64,000 bases of DNA from assembly GCA_002633005.1 (NCBI GenBank), contig NMRA01000722.1, positions 1-64,000 of the forward strand, given 5' to 3'. The notes beneath the pieces are model-generated. The model made no database searches. It was given only the letters and a program-made list of their open reading frames with translations, and had not been told where the DNA came from. This document shows, one piece after another, positions 27,795 to 41,383 of this stretch; position 1 is the first letter of the stretch, and every line of letters starts with the position of its first letter. Source of the DNA: Phoronis australis. Its lineage: Eukaryota; Animalia; Phoronida. The position numbers were made by a program, and so were the translations under genes.

Positions 27795-28170
27795 TGGAAT
27801 TTGACATTTTGACTTACCAATCTGTTATTAATTGGATCAAAAAGAAAGGTACATTGATCGATAATCAATAGTACCAAAGAAATATTATCTGATATCAATA
27901 TTCAAGATATCAATGTTCAAGATATCAAAAACACTGATACACTTTTCTAAAACATCATTTCGTTGTCATCTTAAGAAACTTGAAAGATTTTCTATGAACA
28001 TTATAAAAGTCGTGCTTTTGATAGCAAAAGTGGAATCTTTTCAAAACAATTCCTAACACTGTTTTTGAGAATAGCGCGTAAAGCATGGTAACTGAAAGTT
28101 TGATATGAATCCAATCGGCCATCTCGGAGATATGATGTTCCAAAGTCGGCCGAATTTGGACATTTTACGT
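27795..28170 (+). repeat. Dispersed repeat family E, copy 1
   Basis: AAACAATTCCTAAC...GATATGAATCC.ATCGGCCATCTC.GAGATATGA is shared with 39410-39530. Confidence 0.75.
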
Positions 28171-30307
28171 AGTCACATATTGCTTTTAGTATTGAAACTG
28201 TTAGCATCCTTGCTACACAGAATGGCTATCGGCTGAAGGTAGGAATGCATCCACAGGGTGGAGGGGAGGGGGTCCGCAACCCCTTCTGCAGTTATTTTTA
28301 TATGGATATAATGGAAAAGACTACAGTAGCTTCTATTGTTTGCCCCTTGGCAGACGACCGACCATTGAGTAAACGTCCAGGAAACACATCTGTTGCTGAC
28401 AAGAATACCTGGATTTTCTCATAATCAAGCTAACTCTGGATGAACGAGCAACAATTCAGAAGAGGACTGTCTCCTGCACATATTGTGCCACTTGCGCTTT
28501 TCATGCATTATAAAAACCTCCCACATATCAACCTACTTGTTACCCATTGCTAACCATTCCCGCACTCTTTTATCTGGCATCACGACTCACACATCAATAT
28601 TTTCATTCAAAGAGTTAGTAAAACCAAATTCAATAGCTACCAAAGAATGGAACTTAGTATATCACATGTCTAATTTGCATCATATGTCTTCGGATAAAAA
28701 TCATCTAAATCTAGCTTTTCATGAGGAATTCAATTTCAGAAAGCGAACAGTTTGAAAAAATCACCATTTTTAGTCCCCGACATATCAGTTTATTTTTGCC
28801 AGTGTTTATTGCTGTGAAGTCTTTCCTAATGCACAACACAAAAGAACCTTTGATCAGTAGCTACCAAAGTTGACATGGGTCAGCTTACACAGAACAAGAT
28901 GATCCAGCACAAGTGTGCATGTAAACAGGACTGAAACAGAGCAAAATTAACACCACTGAGGTAGAGCAACTTTTGCCCCATCATCTTGCTACGTATCTAA
29001 ACGCGAAACTGGGGCAAGGCAGAACGGATCATCTCTATTGAGTTTGCGCAAAAAACGCACATATATACAGGTGATCATTTTCACACAATTTTATGATTTG
29101 CCAGTCAGCTGTTCAGTGCCATTTCTTCTAACATGATCAATATCTATTTTGCTAGGTAATTGTCAAAATATTACACACAGTTACCTGTCAAGACTGGTTT
29201 CAAAATGCAACAAACAACAACAATAATGAACAAGTTGCATCTTTGCATATGAGCACTCCACATTCCTGCCTACAACTTCCACCTTGCCATTTTTTCGGGG
29301 GGGGGGGGTTGTGTGTATGTGAACAGCGGCTTGACACCAACCATCTTGCCCTGTGCCAGTTGTGCCACCTCCAAATAGAACAATGATAAACATGTTTCAT
29401 GAGGACAGTAGGGAGGTACAAGGTGCCTTGAAATTGTACAAGGTGCCTTGAAATCGCTAGTTTCTAATGGATGACTCAAACCTCCAGCAAGTCACCATAA
29501 AAAAGCACTTGCAAACATGCAGTCACACCACTGCTGCGTGAAAACATGCAAAAACAGCATTAGAGCCAGTATGTGAATTGGATATTAGATAGAAGAATGT
29601 ATAGATTTGAAGTCCTGAAATTTGTAGTTGCACTCATAACATGGATTGATTGAATGCCTATGAACTGCATAAACTGCATGGGACTTATGGTGAACATATG
29701 GCTTTCAGCTGTAGAGACTGTGTGAAATATGGTAGAGAATTCCTCATTATTTACATAAAACCTCCAACATTTCTGGAGGGCAATGAAGCTTTCAAAAACC
29801 ATAAGACAGTCATTCTAACCCAGGCTGCAACATATTGCAGGAAGATGTTCATTACTTAAAAAAAAAACTATGACGGAATATCTGACAAGAGAGTTGCTTC
29901 TGTTCCTTGCAAGACATGTTCAGATATTTTACACATCTAAAACAGATAAGTTAACAAGATGGGCAGACTGTATAGTAATCAGAACATTCCTCTTGTAACA
30001 ACTGTCTGTGTAAAGTCAGAGGACTCTTGGAGAGATAAGTTCATGGTATTCACCCAAGAAATTTAAAAATAACTCTATGCAGACTGAATGAGCAAAAATA
30101 ACAAAACAGCATTTCCGTTTGAAAAAACCCAAGTGAGTATAGTGGTAATTATCAGAGCACTTTTTGCAACTGTCACTATCACATCTTTCTTCCTCCTCTG
30201 TTTAAAGCTGGACCACATCAATAATCATTTGTTGCACACTAGTGCAACCCAGGGGATTACACATGACACACTCATCTTAGACACTGATACATCAAAAGCT
30301 GGTATTG

Positions 30308-30521
30308 GCAAACCACAGTGTGTAACATATGTAGGTTATAATAGGAAATAATGCTGAAAATTCCAAATTGAACAGCTACCATAAGCTAGTAGAGTCTAGT
30401 CTCGTAGTTTATAGCAAACCACAATGAGTAACATATGTAGGTTATAATAGGAAATAATGCTTAAAATTCCTAATTGAACAGCTACCAAAAGCTACTAGAG
30501 TCTAGTCTTGTAGTTTATAGC
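30308..30521. repeat. 106-bp tandem duplication
   Basis: GCAAACCACA..GTAACATATGTAGGTTATAATAGG at 30308 and 30414. Confidence 0.92.
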
Positions 30522-31123
30522 ATTCCCTTGCTTATAAAACATTGAACTTGACAAGTCCGTTCTTGCACACAATCATTCTTTATGGATATTACTTCAAATT
30601 GGAACACAATATGACGCAACAATACACTTTTATATTATCAAAATTTTCAACAAGAGATACCAAGAATACAACTTTACTTTATTATGTGAAAACATTATAG
30701 TATGGCTGTCATCGACAAAAACACAATAACATTGTGAACATTTTGGCAATGCCACTGTGAGCATCTGAAAAATTATAAAACAATAATACTGTATGTCATT
30801 TCAGTTCGAATTTAAGGAAATTTTACTGCATTTCATTTCTAATGAAAACCGATACTATGTTCACATGCTTAAATTGTCCCGGTTCCAATGTCGCATTGAA
30901 TAACTTCACAAACTTTACAGTGAACCAGTACATGTGTATCTAAAATACCCTACAATGCACAGACTCCCTGACTTTGTATCTGTGCACAGCCTATGACCCC
31001 AAGACACGGGATGTCTTGTGTGGTGCGGGGTGAGGTATCTCAGTCTTGTGGCCCCATGTATCTGTAACTAGACCAGTCAGATTATTCGCTCATACTTGCA
31101 CAGTTTTACAGTGTGATTAAGTC

Positions 31124-31390
31124 TATGTGTAATTAGTGGGCATGATAGAAGTATGTATCATTAGTGGGTATGATAGAAGTATGTATAATTAGTGGGTATG
31201 ATAGAAGTATGTATAATTAGTGGGTATGATAGAAGTATGTATAATTAGTGGGTATGATAGAAGTATGTATAATTAGTGGGTATGATAGAAGTATGTATAA
31301 TTAGTGGGCATGATAGAAGTATGTATAATTAGTGGGCATGATAGAAGTATGTATAATTAGTGGGTATGATAGAAGTATGTATCATTAGTG
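31124..31390. repeat. Minisatellite, 28-bp unit TAGTGGGTATGATAGAAGTATGTATAAT
   Basis: About 9.5 near-identical copies. Confidence 0.97.
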
Positions 31391-32402
31391 CAGAACTTTG
31401 TTTAAGGTAAGGGAAGATCTGACTTACGTTCCTCTGACATGTGACTTAAAGTTCATGTGGATTCTGTGCTTCGTATTTCCTCTAAAAAGTAAATCTGGTT
31501 ACAACGAACCTCAGTAACAACAAATGTTTCAAACAAGGTCTGGAAAATTCTTTAAATTACTAATCAGACTTTGACGGTTTGCCGAATTTTTTCTATACAC
31601 AATCTCTTAAACCATTTATTCCCATGTATAAACATTACCAGGGAACGGTTAAAAACAACTAAACAGTAAAATCCACATTAGTGCAATGATTGAAGAAAAG
31701 ATTTCTCAAAGCTAATTTCAATTTCTCTAGCACATTACAATCGAATATCATGGCAGAGAGACGTGCCATGTGAACAATTTTTAAATAACTGGTTTTTCTC
31801 ATTCCTAAATTATAATAGTGTCATAAATTACTGAATATCATATTGTAGCCAAAATTGCTGCTCACAAACAAAAAAATCTGAATTTTCCATCTTTCCCAGA
31901 TAACTGTATGTTCAAGAAGTAAACAGAATGTACATTCACATTACTGTTAGACTGTTCCAAGGTATAACACTTTAACCCAATTCTATCGATTGATTTCTGT
32001 CCATAACAGCCACATCGGAAACAGTCCTTCACTACTTTGTTCATAACACCGTCTATAGGTAATTAGGTCTTTCTTCATTTTGTGCAGTACAGTGGCATTA
32101 ATAAGCAACAGTAGAAACGGGCATCATAGCAAATTTTCTCATTAGATCACAAGATGGTAGGGAAAACATGGAACATATGGGTAATATCTTGACAACTGCA
32201 GTATATTTAATATGGTGCGTCATAAATGCTTTTAAAAATATGCAGAAATGACTTATCTCCATTATCTAGTGGTTATTAAAAAAGTGCACAATAACTTGAC
32301 ACAGCGAGCCACTCCCTCCCTCAGACAGGTGATTTGCTTATACCAACTGCTTATAAGAATCACATTGTGTAATGATTAACTTCACACATTGAGGTGTCAC
32401 AC

Positions 32403-32690
32403 GAAATACAGTGTAGAGTGTACAGACATGACAAAGGTAGAAATACAGCGTAGAGTGTACAGACATGACAAAGGTAGAAACACAGTGTAGAGTGTACAGA
32501 CATGACAAAGGTAGAAACACAGTGTAGAGTGTACAGACATGACAAAGGTAGAAATACAGCGTAGAGTGTACAGACATGACAAAGGTAGAAATGCAGTGTA
32601 GAGTGTACAGAGATGACAAACATAGAAATACAGTGTAGAGTGTACAGACATGACAAACATAAAAATACAGTGTAGAGTGTACATGACAAA
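32403..32690. repeat. Minisatellite, 37-bp unit GAAATACAGTGTAGAGTGTACAGACATGACAAAGGTA
   Basis: About 8 copies. Confidence 0.97.
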
Positions 32691-33529
32691 TGTAATCAGA
32701 CAAAATACCCATTATAATGGTTAATTGTGTTAATAACAAAGATGATAATTATAATAATTATGATAACTATGGAGGCAAAATTCTAAACTACATAATAGCT
32801 TAGCCACCACATTAAGTTTCATGTTAAATCCTCTTCATTCCAAGTCATGAGTAAAATGCTACTACAACAATGAATTTGTCTTCAGTCATCGTGACAGGGA
32901 ATTCTGGGTAATTTTGTCTGAAGTCTTTAGGTGTGAACTTTAAAAAGTACGATAAGAATGAAAACCAATTATCTGTTCATGTTTGTTGTGAAGAATGGGA
33001 AGATACATACTAATTCACGTGAATAGTATTTACTAGCAATCAAATACGCGCATAGAAAGCTCCTATTCAAAACAGTGGTCAGTAGCCTAATGTAAAAACT
33101 GGATTGTCACACAAAGTTAAGGGTACTCAAAACTACCCAGACAGATCAAGCTTATTTGAAAGCAAGTACATTAGAGTTGAGTGGCAGGGGTCTCCTTTGT
33201 AATGCTTGGTAAAACCTCAATTTGGACATCATTTGACAGATAACAGACCTTAAAGCCCTGCGGGAAGAGGTTCTTGGGTTCTCGCAGACATAATTAATGA
33301 AGAACTGTGCTTCCCCATGGTTAAAAGCGGACTTATCCAGACACCTAAGATTTGAAAAAAGCACCAATGAATACATAATTTGCCGACAGATACAATTAAT
33401 CATTCCAACCATCATAGTTCATTACACCCACTTCCATGCCAATACCCCTGAATATAAAACTCATGAAGAGTAACTACTATCAACTGCACTCAGGCATTGA
33501 ACCCCTAGAGCTGAATAACCTGTCTGGCT

Positions 33530-34123
33530 AATGACACTGAACAGTAAACCAAGAGACTGGACATTATTACAATGACAATGAACAGTAAACCAAGAGACTG
33601 GACATTATTACAATGACACTGAACAGTAAACCAGAAGACTGGACATTATTACAATGACACTGAACAGTAAACCAGGAGACTGGACATTATTACAATGACG
33701 CTAAACAGTAAACCAGGAGACTGCAATTATTACAATGACACTGAACAGTAAACCAGGAGACTGGACATTATTACAATGACACTGCACAGTAAACCAGGAG
33801 ACCGGACATTATATGACACTGAACAGTAAACCAGGAGACTGGATATTATTACAGTGACACTGAACAGTAATCCAGGAGACTGGATATTATTACAATGACA
33901 GTGAACAGTAAACCAGGAGACTGGACATTATATGATACTGAACAGTAAACCAGGAGACTGGATATTTTTACAATAACACTGAACAGTAATCCAGGAGACT
34001 GGATATTATTACAATGACAGTGAACAGTAAACCAGGATACTGGACATTATATGATACTGAACAGTAAACCAGGAGACTGGATATTATTACAATGACACTG
34101 AACAGTAATCCAGGAGACTGGAC
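33530..34123. repeat. Minisatellite, 41-bp unit AATGACACTGAACAGTAAACCAGGAGACTGGACATTATTAC with a 119-bp higher-order repeat
   Basis: About 15 copies. A 37-bp variant recurs at 33811, 33930 and 34049. Confidence 0.96.
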
Positions 34124-34924
34124 AAGTTTCTCAAAAGTATCAGTGTTTTGAATGAGCAGCAAACAGCGTGGCGCCGCACGTTACACTTGTTTGCGTGACT
34201 TTCCTGTTACCCCCCTTCTTTAGTCATTCTTTGCAGTATTTCACACCCGCCGTGTCCCACTGTGTGTGTCATCAGCTTATGCTCTGTGGTGGCATTACTG
34301 CGTCATTTTATCTTCACTTGAGAATAAAACAAAAACGTTTCGAAATGTCGTGTCTTTTAATTATGTCGCTATGTTCAGAAGGAGAGTAGAGTTTTATTCC
34401 GAAGGTATGAACATAACGGAACAAAAACTGTCAACAATGAAAAGTGTCATGCGTTTAACCAATTCTGTATAACCGAAAACTTGCTCTCGAAGTAGTCAAC
34501 CTAAAAAATTCACACAGGTGAAACCCAAGTAAGATCACGCACAAACCATACAACAATGACTCATTGGCATTTTGTAGGTGACAACCACCGACAGTGAGGG
34601 CAAGTGATAAATTCTAATAGCAGAAACAACAGCAAGAATATATTTACCTGTACATTCTGTCGAGGACTGGGTGTATAACCTCCTCGACAAGTGTCTAAAA
34701 TCAATACATAAAATGTTGACCCAGTATCAATGATATCTGTAAGATTTTAACTTCTAAGTACATTTCTGTTTTAAAATGATTGTTGAACACATGACAAGGT
34801 GAACAATATAGTGAATTTTTTTAATATCCATCTTAGAAATGCTTAAAAAATTGGCAAGATCCTTTCCTTTTGGCACATTTTCAAATTATGTTGTGAATTA
34901 GCAGGGATCATTTACAAAATAGTA

Positions 34925-37365
34925 CCGTAATCGTTCGGGTTAACGCCCATGCTCAGTTAACCGCCCACCCCCTACTTTAGGTGGATTTTCGATTTAACCA
35001 CCCACTGCTCGGTTAAGCGCCCCCCTGCGATTTTTGAAGATTTCCAGTTAAGCGCCCACCTCTCGGTTAAGCGCCCATCCCCGACTTTTAAAGAATGAAG
35101 ATTTAGCGCCCAGTGCTAAGGAAACGTGCGATTTCCCGACTTTTAGAAAAAGATCGATGATCACAAAGAGCGCAACGACGCCGGGCTTCCGAGACGGTGG
35201 TTTAGCAATGTGAATTACAATTCAAGTAACGAGTTATTGTCTTGGGTCATGGACTCACTTCAAAATATAATACTTGAACGTTTTTGTCACTTTATTTTCT
35301 TCCCATGTTTGCAAAGTTTAAGAACGCCGCCGGCGTCAAAACCTCCGCTTTCAGCGACTTTGTCTGCCGCGCTGAGTTTCCATCTGTAGTGCACAAGATA
35401 AAACATATATTCGAAAAAATCAGGCCAGAGAAATGTGACCATGGTTTTGCCAACCCTCCAAATTCTATTAAGGTGGGAAGCTCTCGTATTTTGAACAAAT
35501 CGCACAACTCACGGAAAGATGTCAAATTCTCAATATTTTGATGAATGTAACTGCCGGGTTATAGAGGATGTGTGGCGACCGAAGGGACAGTACAAGTGCC
35601 TTACTGGATTACCGATTTCGTTGCTGCCTATCGATTTCTGAATTCAAAGGTTGACAATAATGTATGTTTGTGTATGATCTTGAGGTAATAAAAAACTGCT
35701 AGTCAAATTTTGTTTTTCGCGTATTGCATCTCAGTCAAACTGGCGTTAGCAGATTTAACTAATGTCGCTGGCTGTTTACTATTTCTTGCGTCAGCCCCCA
35801 CGTAAGCGTGAGTGTGAATTATCGTTTCCACATCCCCTTTTTAGCCATCCAGAATAATTTTGTTTATACATTGGCCAGTTTCAGCCTGAACAAAAATTCT
35901 TACCATTCTAGTCTGAAATATCTACGACGTAGACTGACTGAAAATTGGCGATAGTGGGTAAGAGATGCACGCAGCTAGCTACGGGCATGGGCTTAGTGAA
36001 CATCGAGCCGGGAAATCTCGGAATTCACTTGACATCGCAGTTTTGGGGAACATTGGCAATGGAGGAACATCGTAAAGAATTGGGTCTTTTGTAGCAACAG
36101 CTTAAAAGTACATAGTCACGCCCGTTTTTGATACTTAGGACTGTCGCTATTCTCTTTGGCGACTTTGTTGTGGTGCACGTGCGCAAGTTCCCACACTTTG
36201 GAGTGCATGTTACCTTGACACCAACATGTGATTGACAGGTGACTCACACGTAGGCCCTACGTGCGTGCTGAATCCCGCCGCTATCTTTTGCCATAAAAAA
36301 ACGAGGTGCATATATCGAAAGAGGCCGTTATATTACTTGACGGCATTTATAAATCACGATTGTCAGCCGACTGAGACATTGCGCGCTAACAGCCTGACCG
36401 GACAGTGCCGCAATGCGATTTTGCAAGTGATATAAATATGATAATCTGGACATCCTGCATGAAAAATAAATGTTTTTCCACCATGAAGTTTGGTAAGGTG
36501 ATCGTTTAAGAATGAATTGAAACAACGCTGTTTTGTGGCGTTTTATCACATATTGATGCCGTGGCTCGAAATTTTATTGTTGATTGACGAGTGGCTCACC
36601 CCGATTCTTGTCTTAGGCCTACTTCTTTGCATGTTTGGCACTACGGCAAGTGAGCAATGCTGGGCGGTCGAGATAAAAAAACTAGCCGCAGAACCATACG
36701 CTGAAAATGTCATTGAGTCACGGAGTGTCGATATCCCAAACACAAAAAACATCTCAGTTAAGTTTATCAAACTTTTATTACAACTAATTTTAAAACTGCT
36801 CTCTGACTATGAATTTGGCAGCTAGTACGAGACTGTAACCATAAATTTGATGTCTGCTATGACCTCTGCAACAAATGAAGCTTGCACGCGCGCACTTTAG
36901 CAAGGTCACGTGTTGAAATATTTGCAATCCAAGTAGAGGCTGCGTGGTCTCTGGTCGTCTGCGCTGCGCAGGGCAAAGTAACAAGACCGCAGGACGGCAC
37001 GGGGCTATTACTCAGCAATTCTGTAAATTTAATAGAGTGAATAACTAATCTGAGGTCAAGAGAACCTTTGTTGGGATCATCCGCTGTTATGACATTTTCC
37101 CCGTCATGTGACGACGTGACGATAACGCTCTTTGAAAAGTGCTACGCGTTCCGAGTGCGTGTGTGGTGTGGGGACTTAGATCACCAGGTAAGATTAACCG
37201 CCCAGGGCGGTTGCCTGTCGTAATAAGCGCCCATGTTCGGTTAACCGCCCACCCTGGATTTCTTGAAATTTCACGTTTAAGCGCCCATGTCTGGTTAACC
37301 GCCCACCCCCGATTTTTTGGGTTTGCCAATTTAACCGCCCAGGGCGTTAACCCGAACGATAACGG
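34925..37365. mobile_element. Non-autonomous CCGTA-ended Tc2/pogo-like DNA transposon, 2.44 kb
   Basis: 24-bp TIR CCGTWATCGTTCGGGTTAACGCCC (1 mismatch), TA flanks, several TTAASCGCCCA subterminal repeats at both ends, no recognisable transposase. Confidence 0.9.
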
Positions 37366-37980
37366 TATAAGATTGTGAAAGAACAGGGAGATTATATTAT
37401 CACAGTATGTTTTGAATTAGCAGGGATCATTTACAACAAAGTAGAAGGTTGAGGGAGATCACATTATCATGGTATGTTGTGAATTATCAGAGATCTTTTA
37501 CAGCATACCTTAGTATAAGGCTGTGAATGAGCAGGGAGATCACATTATACCGTAAACTCGCGAGTTAATACCTGGGGTGCTTAAATTGGGAATCCCTGAG
37601 ACAGGGGGGTGGGCGATTACCAAAGCAGTGGCCGCTTAAACAAAAAAATTGGCGAAAAGGAGGGGATGGGCGATTACACAAGTAATGGGTGATTACACAA
37701 GTAATGGGCGCTTAAACCGAAAATTGACCATAAGTCGGGGATGGGTGATTACCTGGGCATGGGCATTAACCCGCGAGTTTACGGTAGTATATTGTGAATT
37801 AGTAGGGATCATTACAAAGTAGTATTAGGTTGTGAATGAACAGGGAGATCACATTATCATAGTATGTTGTGAATTACTAAGGATCATTCACAATCTAGCA
37901 TGACATTTTTTATGAGTAAGCATATCACCTTATCAAAATAAAGTGTAAGGTTGTGAATTCAGCAAGGAGACCATATTATC
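37366..37980. repeat. Degenerate tandem repeat (TTGTGAAT..GCAGGGA..TCA.ATT) that begins at ~34885 and is split by two transposons
   Basis: The unit at 34890-34924 continues at 37368. An intact unit is visible at 37791-37865. Confidence 0.8.
37550..37784. mobile_element. 235-bp CCGTA-ended MITE
   Basis: 23-bp TIR CCGTAAACTCGCGRGTTAATRCC (2 mismatches), TA flanks, internal TGGGYGATTAC repeats. Confidence 0.88.
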
Positions 37981-38238
37981 AGCAACTTGCAGAGCTGTGT
38001 TAGGCCCAACATAGAGAGTTGAGCTGAGTTGGCTTCTTCTTGAAATCCTAGCTCACTAATCATATCAAGGGTTGAACAAGTGAATACAATTATTGTTACA
38101 GCAATTTTCAGCTTTGACACTGTCAGCTCAGCAAACTGAGCTCAGCTAACTGTCACTTGGGGCCACCAGCTGAGCTTATAGTTCTCTGCCTGTGCTGGCC
38201 TTTTGTAATGTCAGACTGGAGGACATATGCAACCTCTT

Positions 38239-38689
38239 CAAGGTACCTAAACTACACGGTCAACGGACTCATAAACACGGGCACGGACGAATGAACACGA
38301 CTCACAGACCTGCAAACACCGTCCACTGACTCACAAACACGGGAACGGACTCACAAAACACGATCCACGCACCCAAATACACGGGACACGGACTCATATT
38401 CACGAGGAAATACGGTTAACGGACCGCTAAACACGGGTCAAGGACTCATCGGCTTCCTGGGTCAGTTGACATCTCCATTTGTTCCGTAAACCGTGTTTGG
38501 CGGTCCGTTAAACGTGTTTCCTCGGGAATATGAGTCCGTGTCCCGTGCATTTAGGTGTGTGGATAGTGTTTTATGAGTCCGTTCCCGAGTTTGTGAGTCA
38601 GTGGATGGTGTTTGCAGGTCCGTGAGTCGTGTTCATGCGTCCGTGGGCCATGTTTATGAGTCCGTTAACCGTGTAGTTTAGGTACCTTG
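38239..38689. mobile_element. Foldback-type palindromic MITE
   Basis: ~205-bp inverted arms (CAAGGTACCTAAACTACACGGT...ACCGTGTAGTTTAGGTACCTTG) built from ACGGACTCA-like subrepeats around a short spacer. No clean TSD. Confidence 0.85.
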
Positions 38690-39184
38690 CACTTGCTGTG
38701 AGTTAGCATAAGAAGCACATCACTGTGCAATAGGACAGGACATCACATTCTCAACAAACACTGATGAACAGCATTGTTACATTCAACACTGGTGTGAATA
38801 GAGCTATGTGCTTCTCACCACCTACTCAGCATAAGATCATTATTGTGAAATCAACAAAGCCCACCTTTGCACAGGAGTACAATTGTGTAGTAATAAATGC
38901 CATGAGGTAAGCAATTTGTAAATAAAGAATACCTTAACAAAATCCTTGCCTGATCATCTACACAGATAACCTGGACCTGCCAAATACAATTGAGAAAGAC
39001 ACACTTAGCATTCATCAGTCTACCTCAATAGAACTTAAATTTTCTGACTGTATAAGACCTTGTCCACCAGTCTGTGTAGTTAGCAGAATACCTTCAAAAC
39101 TATACATTATAACCCATTAAAAGTATATATATATATATGTATATGTATATGTATATATTTTCTGAGATTAGACAGACTGCAAAA

Positions 39185-39535
39185 TTAGAGATTTGACTTT
39201 TTACCAATCTGCCACTAATCAGGAGCAATAAGCAAATCATGAATGACCATGTTTTTAGTAAAATTTAGCAAGAGCAACAAGATTTTTCATTAATTTTGCT
39301 TGAAATGTTCGAGATGAAAGCTCAAAAACAATTTGATTTTGTTTTATGCAACTCTTGAACGTTCTCATGAAAATAAAAATGTCTTATTTTTGAAAAAGTG
39401 AAACATTTTGAAACAATTCCTAACGGCATTTGGGAGAACAGCATATAAACCAAGTATCTGAAAGTTCGATATGAATCCGATCGGCCATCTCTGAGATATG
39501 AAGTTCCTAAGCTAGCCAAATTTGGCCATTTTTCT
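39185..39535 (+). repeat. Dispersed repeat family E, copy 2
   Basis: Direct similarity to 27795-28170. Confidence 0.75.
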
Positions 39536-40254
39536 AGCGTCCTACAATCTCATACACAGCTACATTTGTGCTCAGCTCCCTGACAGTTCGTAAACTGTTT
39601 TGATGTAGCTACTGTTTTTTGACACACAGCATGATGAAATGAGTTATTTCACTACAAACCTGCAGCAAAGCTGTCTTAAAACATCACTTGATAAAAATTT
39701 GAAGTTCGTAACCAGGTGAACGCAGAATAAAATCCCCAAAATATGACGGTCTCCTGCTATATTTTATATTTCCTGAATATTTCTTCACAACCAGATGACA
39801 TGTTTTTTTTAGTAAAACCATATAAACTGACTATGACACCATACACAGGGTACTGCAGTCCGAAAACTTCAATTTTTTTATACAAAAAGAATCACCATAA
39901 ACACAAATGCTACTTGAGCACAAAATCATCTTTCATATGACGTGAACTTGGCAAGATGCTGGATGCTCATATACTGAAGGAAAGCAGCAGTCAGTCTCTT
40001 GAAATGTGCACAAAAGTTGTACAAATCCTGGTTTTACAAGATTCACTTTCAAAATACATAAAGATCAGTCAATAAAAAGGCAAATTAATGCCAATTGAGC
40101 TGAAATGCCATAAAAAACACGCTTGACTAAAATGGCTGCTCACAACGAACACATCAGAAATGGCTACAATGAAGAGAAAATAAGATTAATGTTACAATTA
40201 GTAGGTGCAACTAGTGGACTATATTGACACATCAGTTGTTAATGGACTGTGATG

Positions 40255-40578
40255 TTCTGCATATAACATTATATAAAAGTAGGGATATATTGTCCTTCTA
40301 TGTATAACATTATATGAAAGTGAGGATATACCGTCCTTCTCTGTATAACAGTACAGTAGGGATATGCGGTACCATCCTTCTGCGTATAACATTATAGTGG
40401 GGATATATCATCCTTCTGTGTATAACATTATATAACATTATATGAAAGTGGGGATACCATCCTTCTGGGTATAACATTATAGTGGGGACATATCATCCTT
40501 CTGTGTATAACATTATATAAAAGTGGGGATATACCATCCTTCTGTGTATAACAGTACAGTGGGGATGTACTATCCTTC
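40255..40578. repeat. Minisatellite, ~35-41-bp unit TCCTTCTGTGTATAACATTATATAAAAGTGGGGATATACCA
   Basis: About 8 degenerate copies. Confidence 0.9.
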
Positions 40579-41383
40579 AGCTACAGAAAGCAACTTTTGA
40601 TTTAGATCACTTATCGCCATAAAATTGGTCTCAACTTGGACTTAACCCAGATTAGAAATGATTTTGGTCTTATAAAGAACTCTGGCTGATAGATTGTTAT
40701 TACTCAAGAGCATATTTGACACAAAATGACATGTCACGACAACACAACTTGTAGTGCCTGGTCTGAAGCAATAACTACTACGATTACTATGGTTACAGGT
40801 CACTATGGTTACAACAGTTACTAAGGTTACCATAGTCAATTGTTTTCAAGTACACCAATCACATCTATTTTGACTTAAGGAAAAAACATGTTTAAGGTGA
40901 AGGCAAGACATGCTTTAGATATTTCAGCCAGTGGAGGATAAATGATAAAATCTGGCATTGACTGCATTTTTAAAACAAAAGTTTATGCAAAGAGCTACAG
41001 GAAATGGCAAAAATCAATGTCAGGGACACTTTTTCAAGTCTGACACTCTGACTTCAATAGGCAGCACCAATAATATATCAGGTCACCATACCATTGATAA
41101 TTGATCAGTTAAGTTGCAAGCTAGGTTACCAAGCCATATTACCTATCACATCTTATCAAGAGGCCATCAAATAAAAATGTATGGAATGACACAAATCATT
41201 TCTGGTTATTCATGAAAATCTTCTGAACATACACGGTGGTTCAACAGATCTTTGTACAAATCCTCTTACACATGCCTAGAATGATGAATTATGTGAAATA
41301 GGTTTATTAACGCAAAGGGACTGGTGCCCATAATTCCAGTAAGTTATATCCCTAGGGATGAAGGTCACAGGAAAGTCCACTTT

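Noticed and set aside
32338-32739. Cys/His-rich ORFs in all three minus frames
   Set aside because: Produced by a stop-free 37-bp minisatellite.
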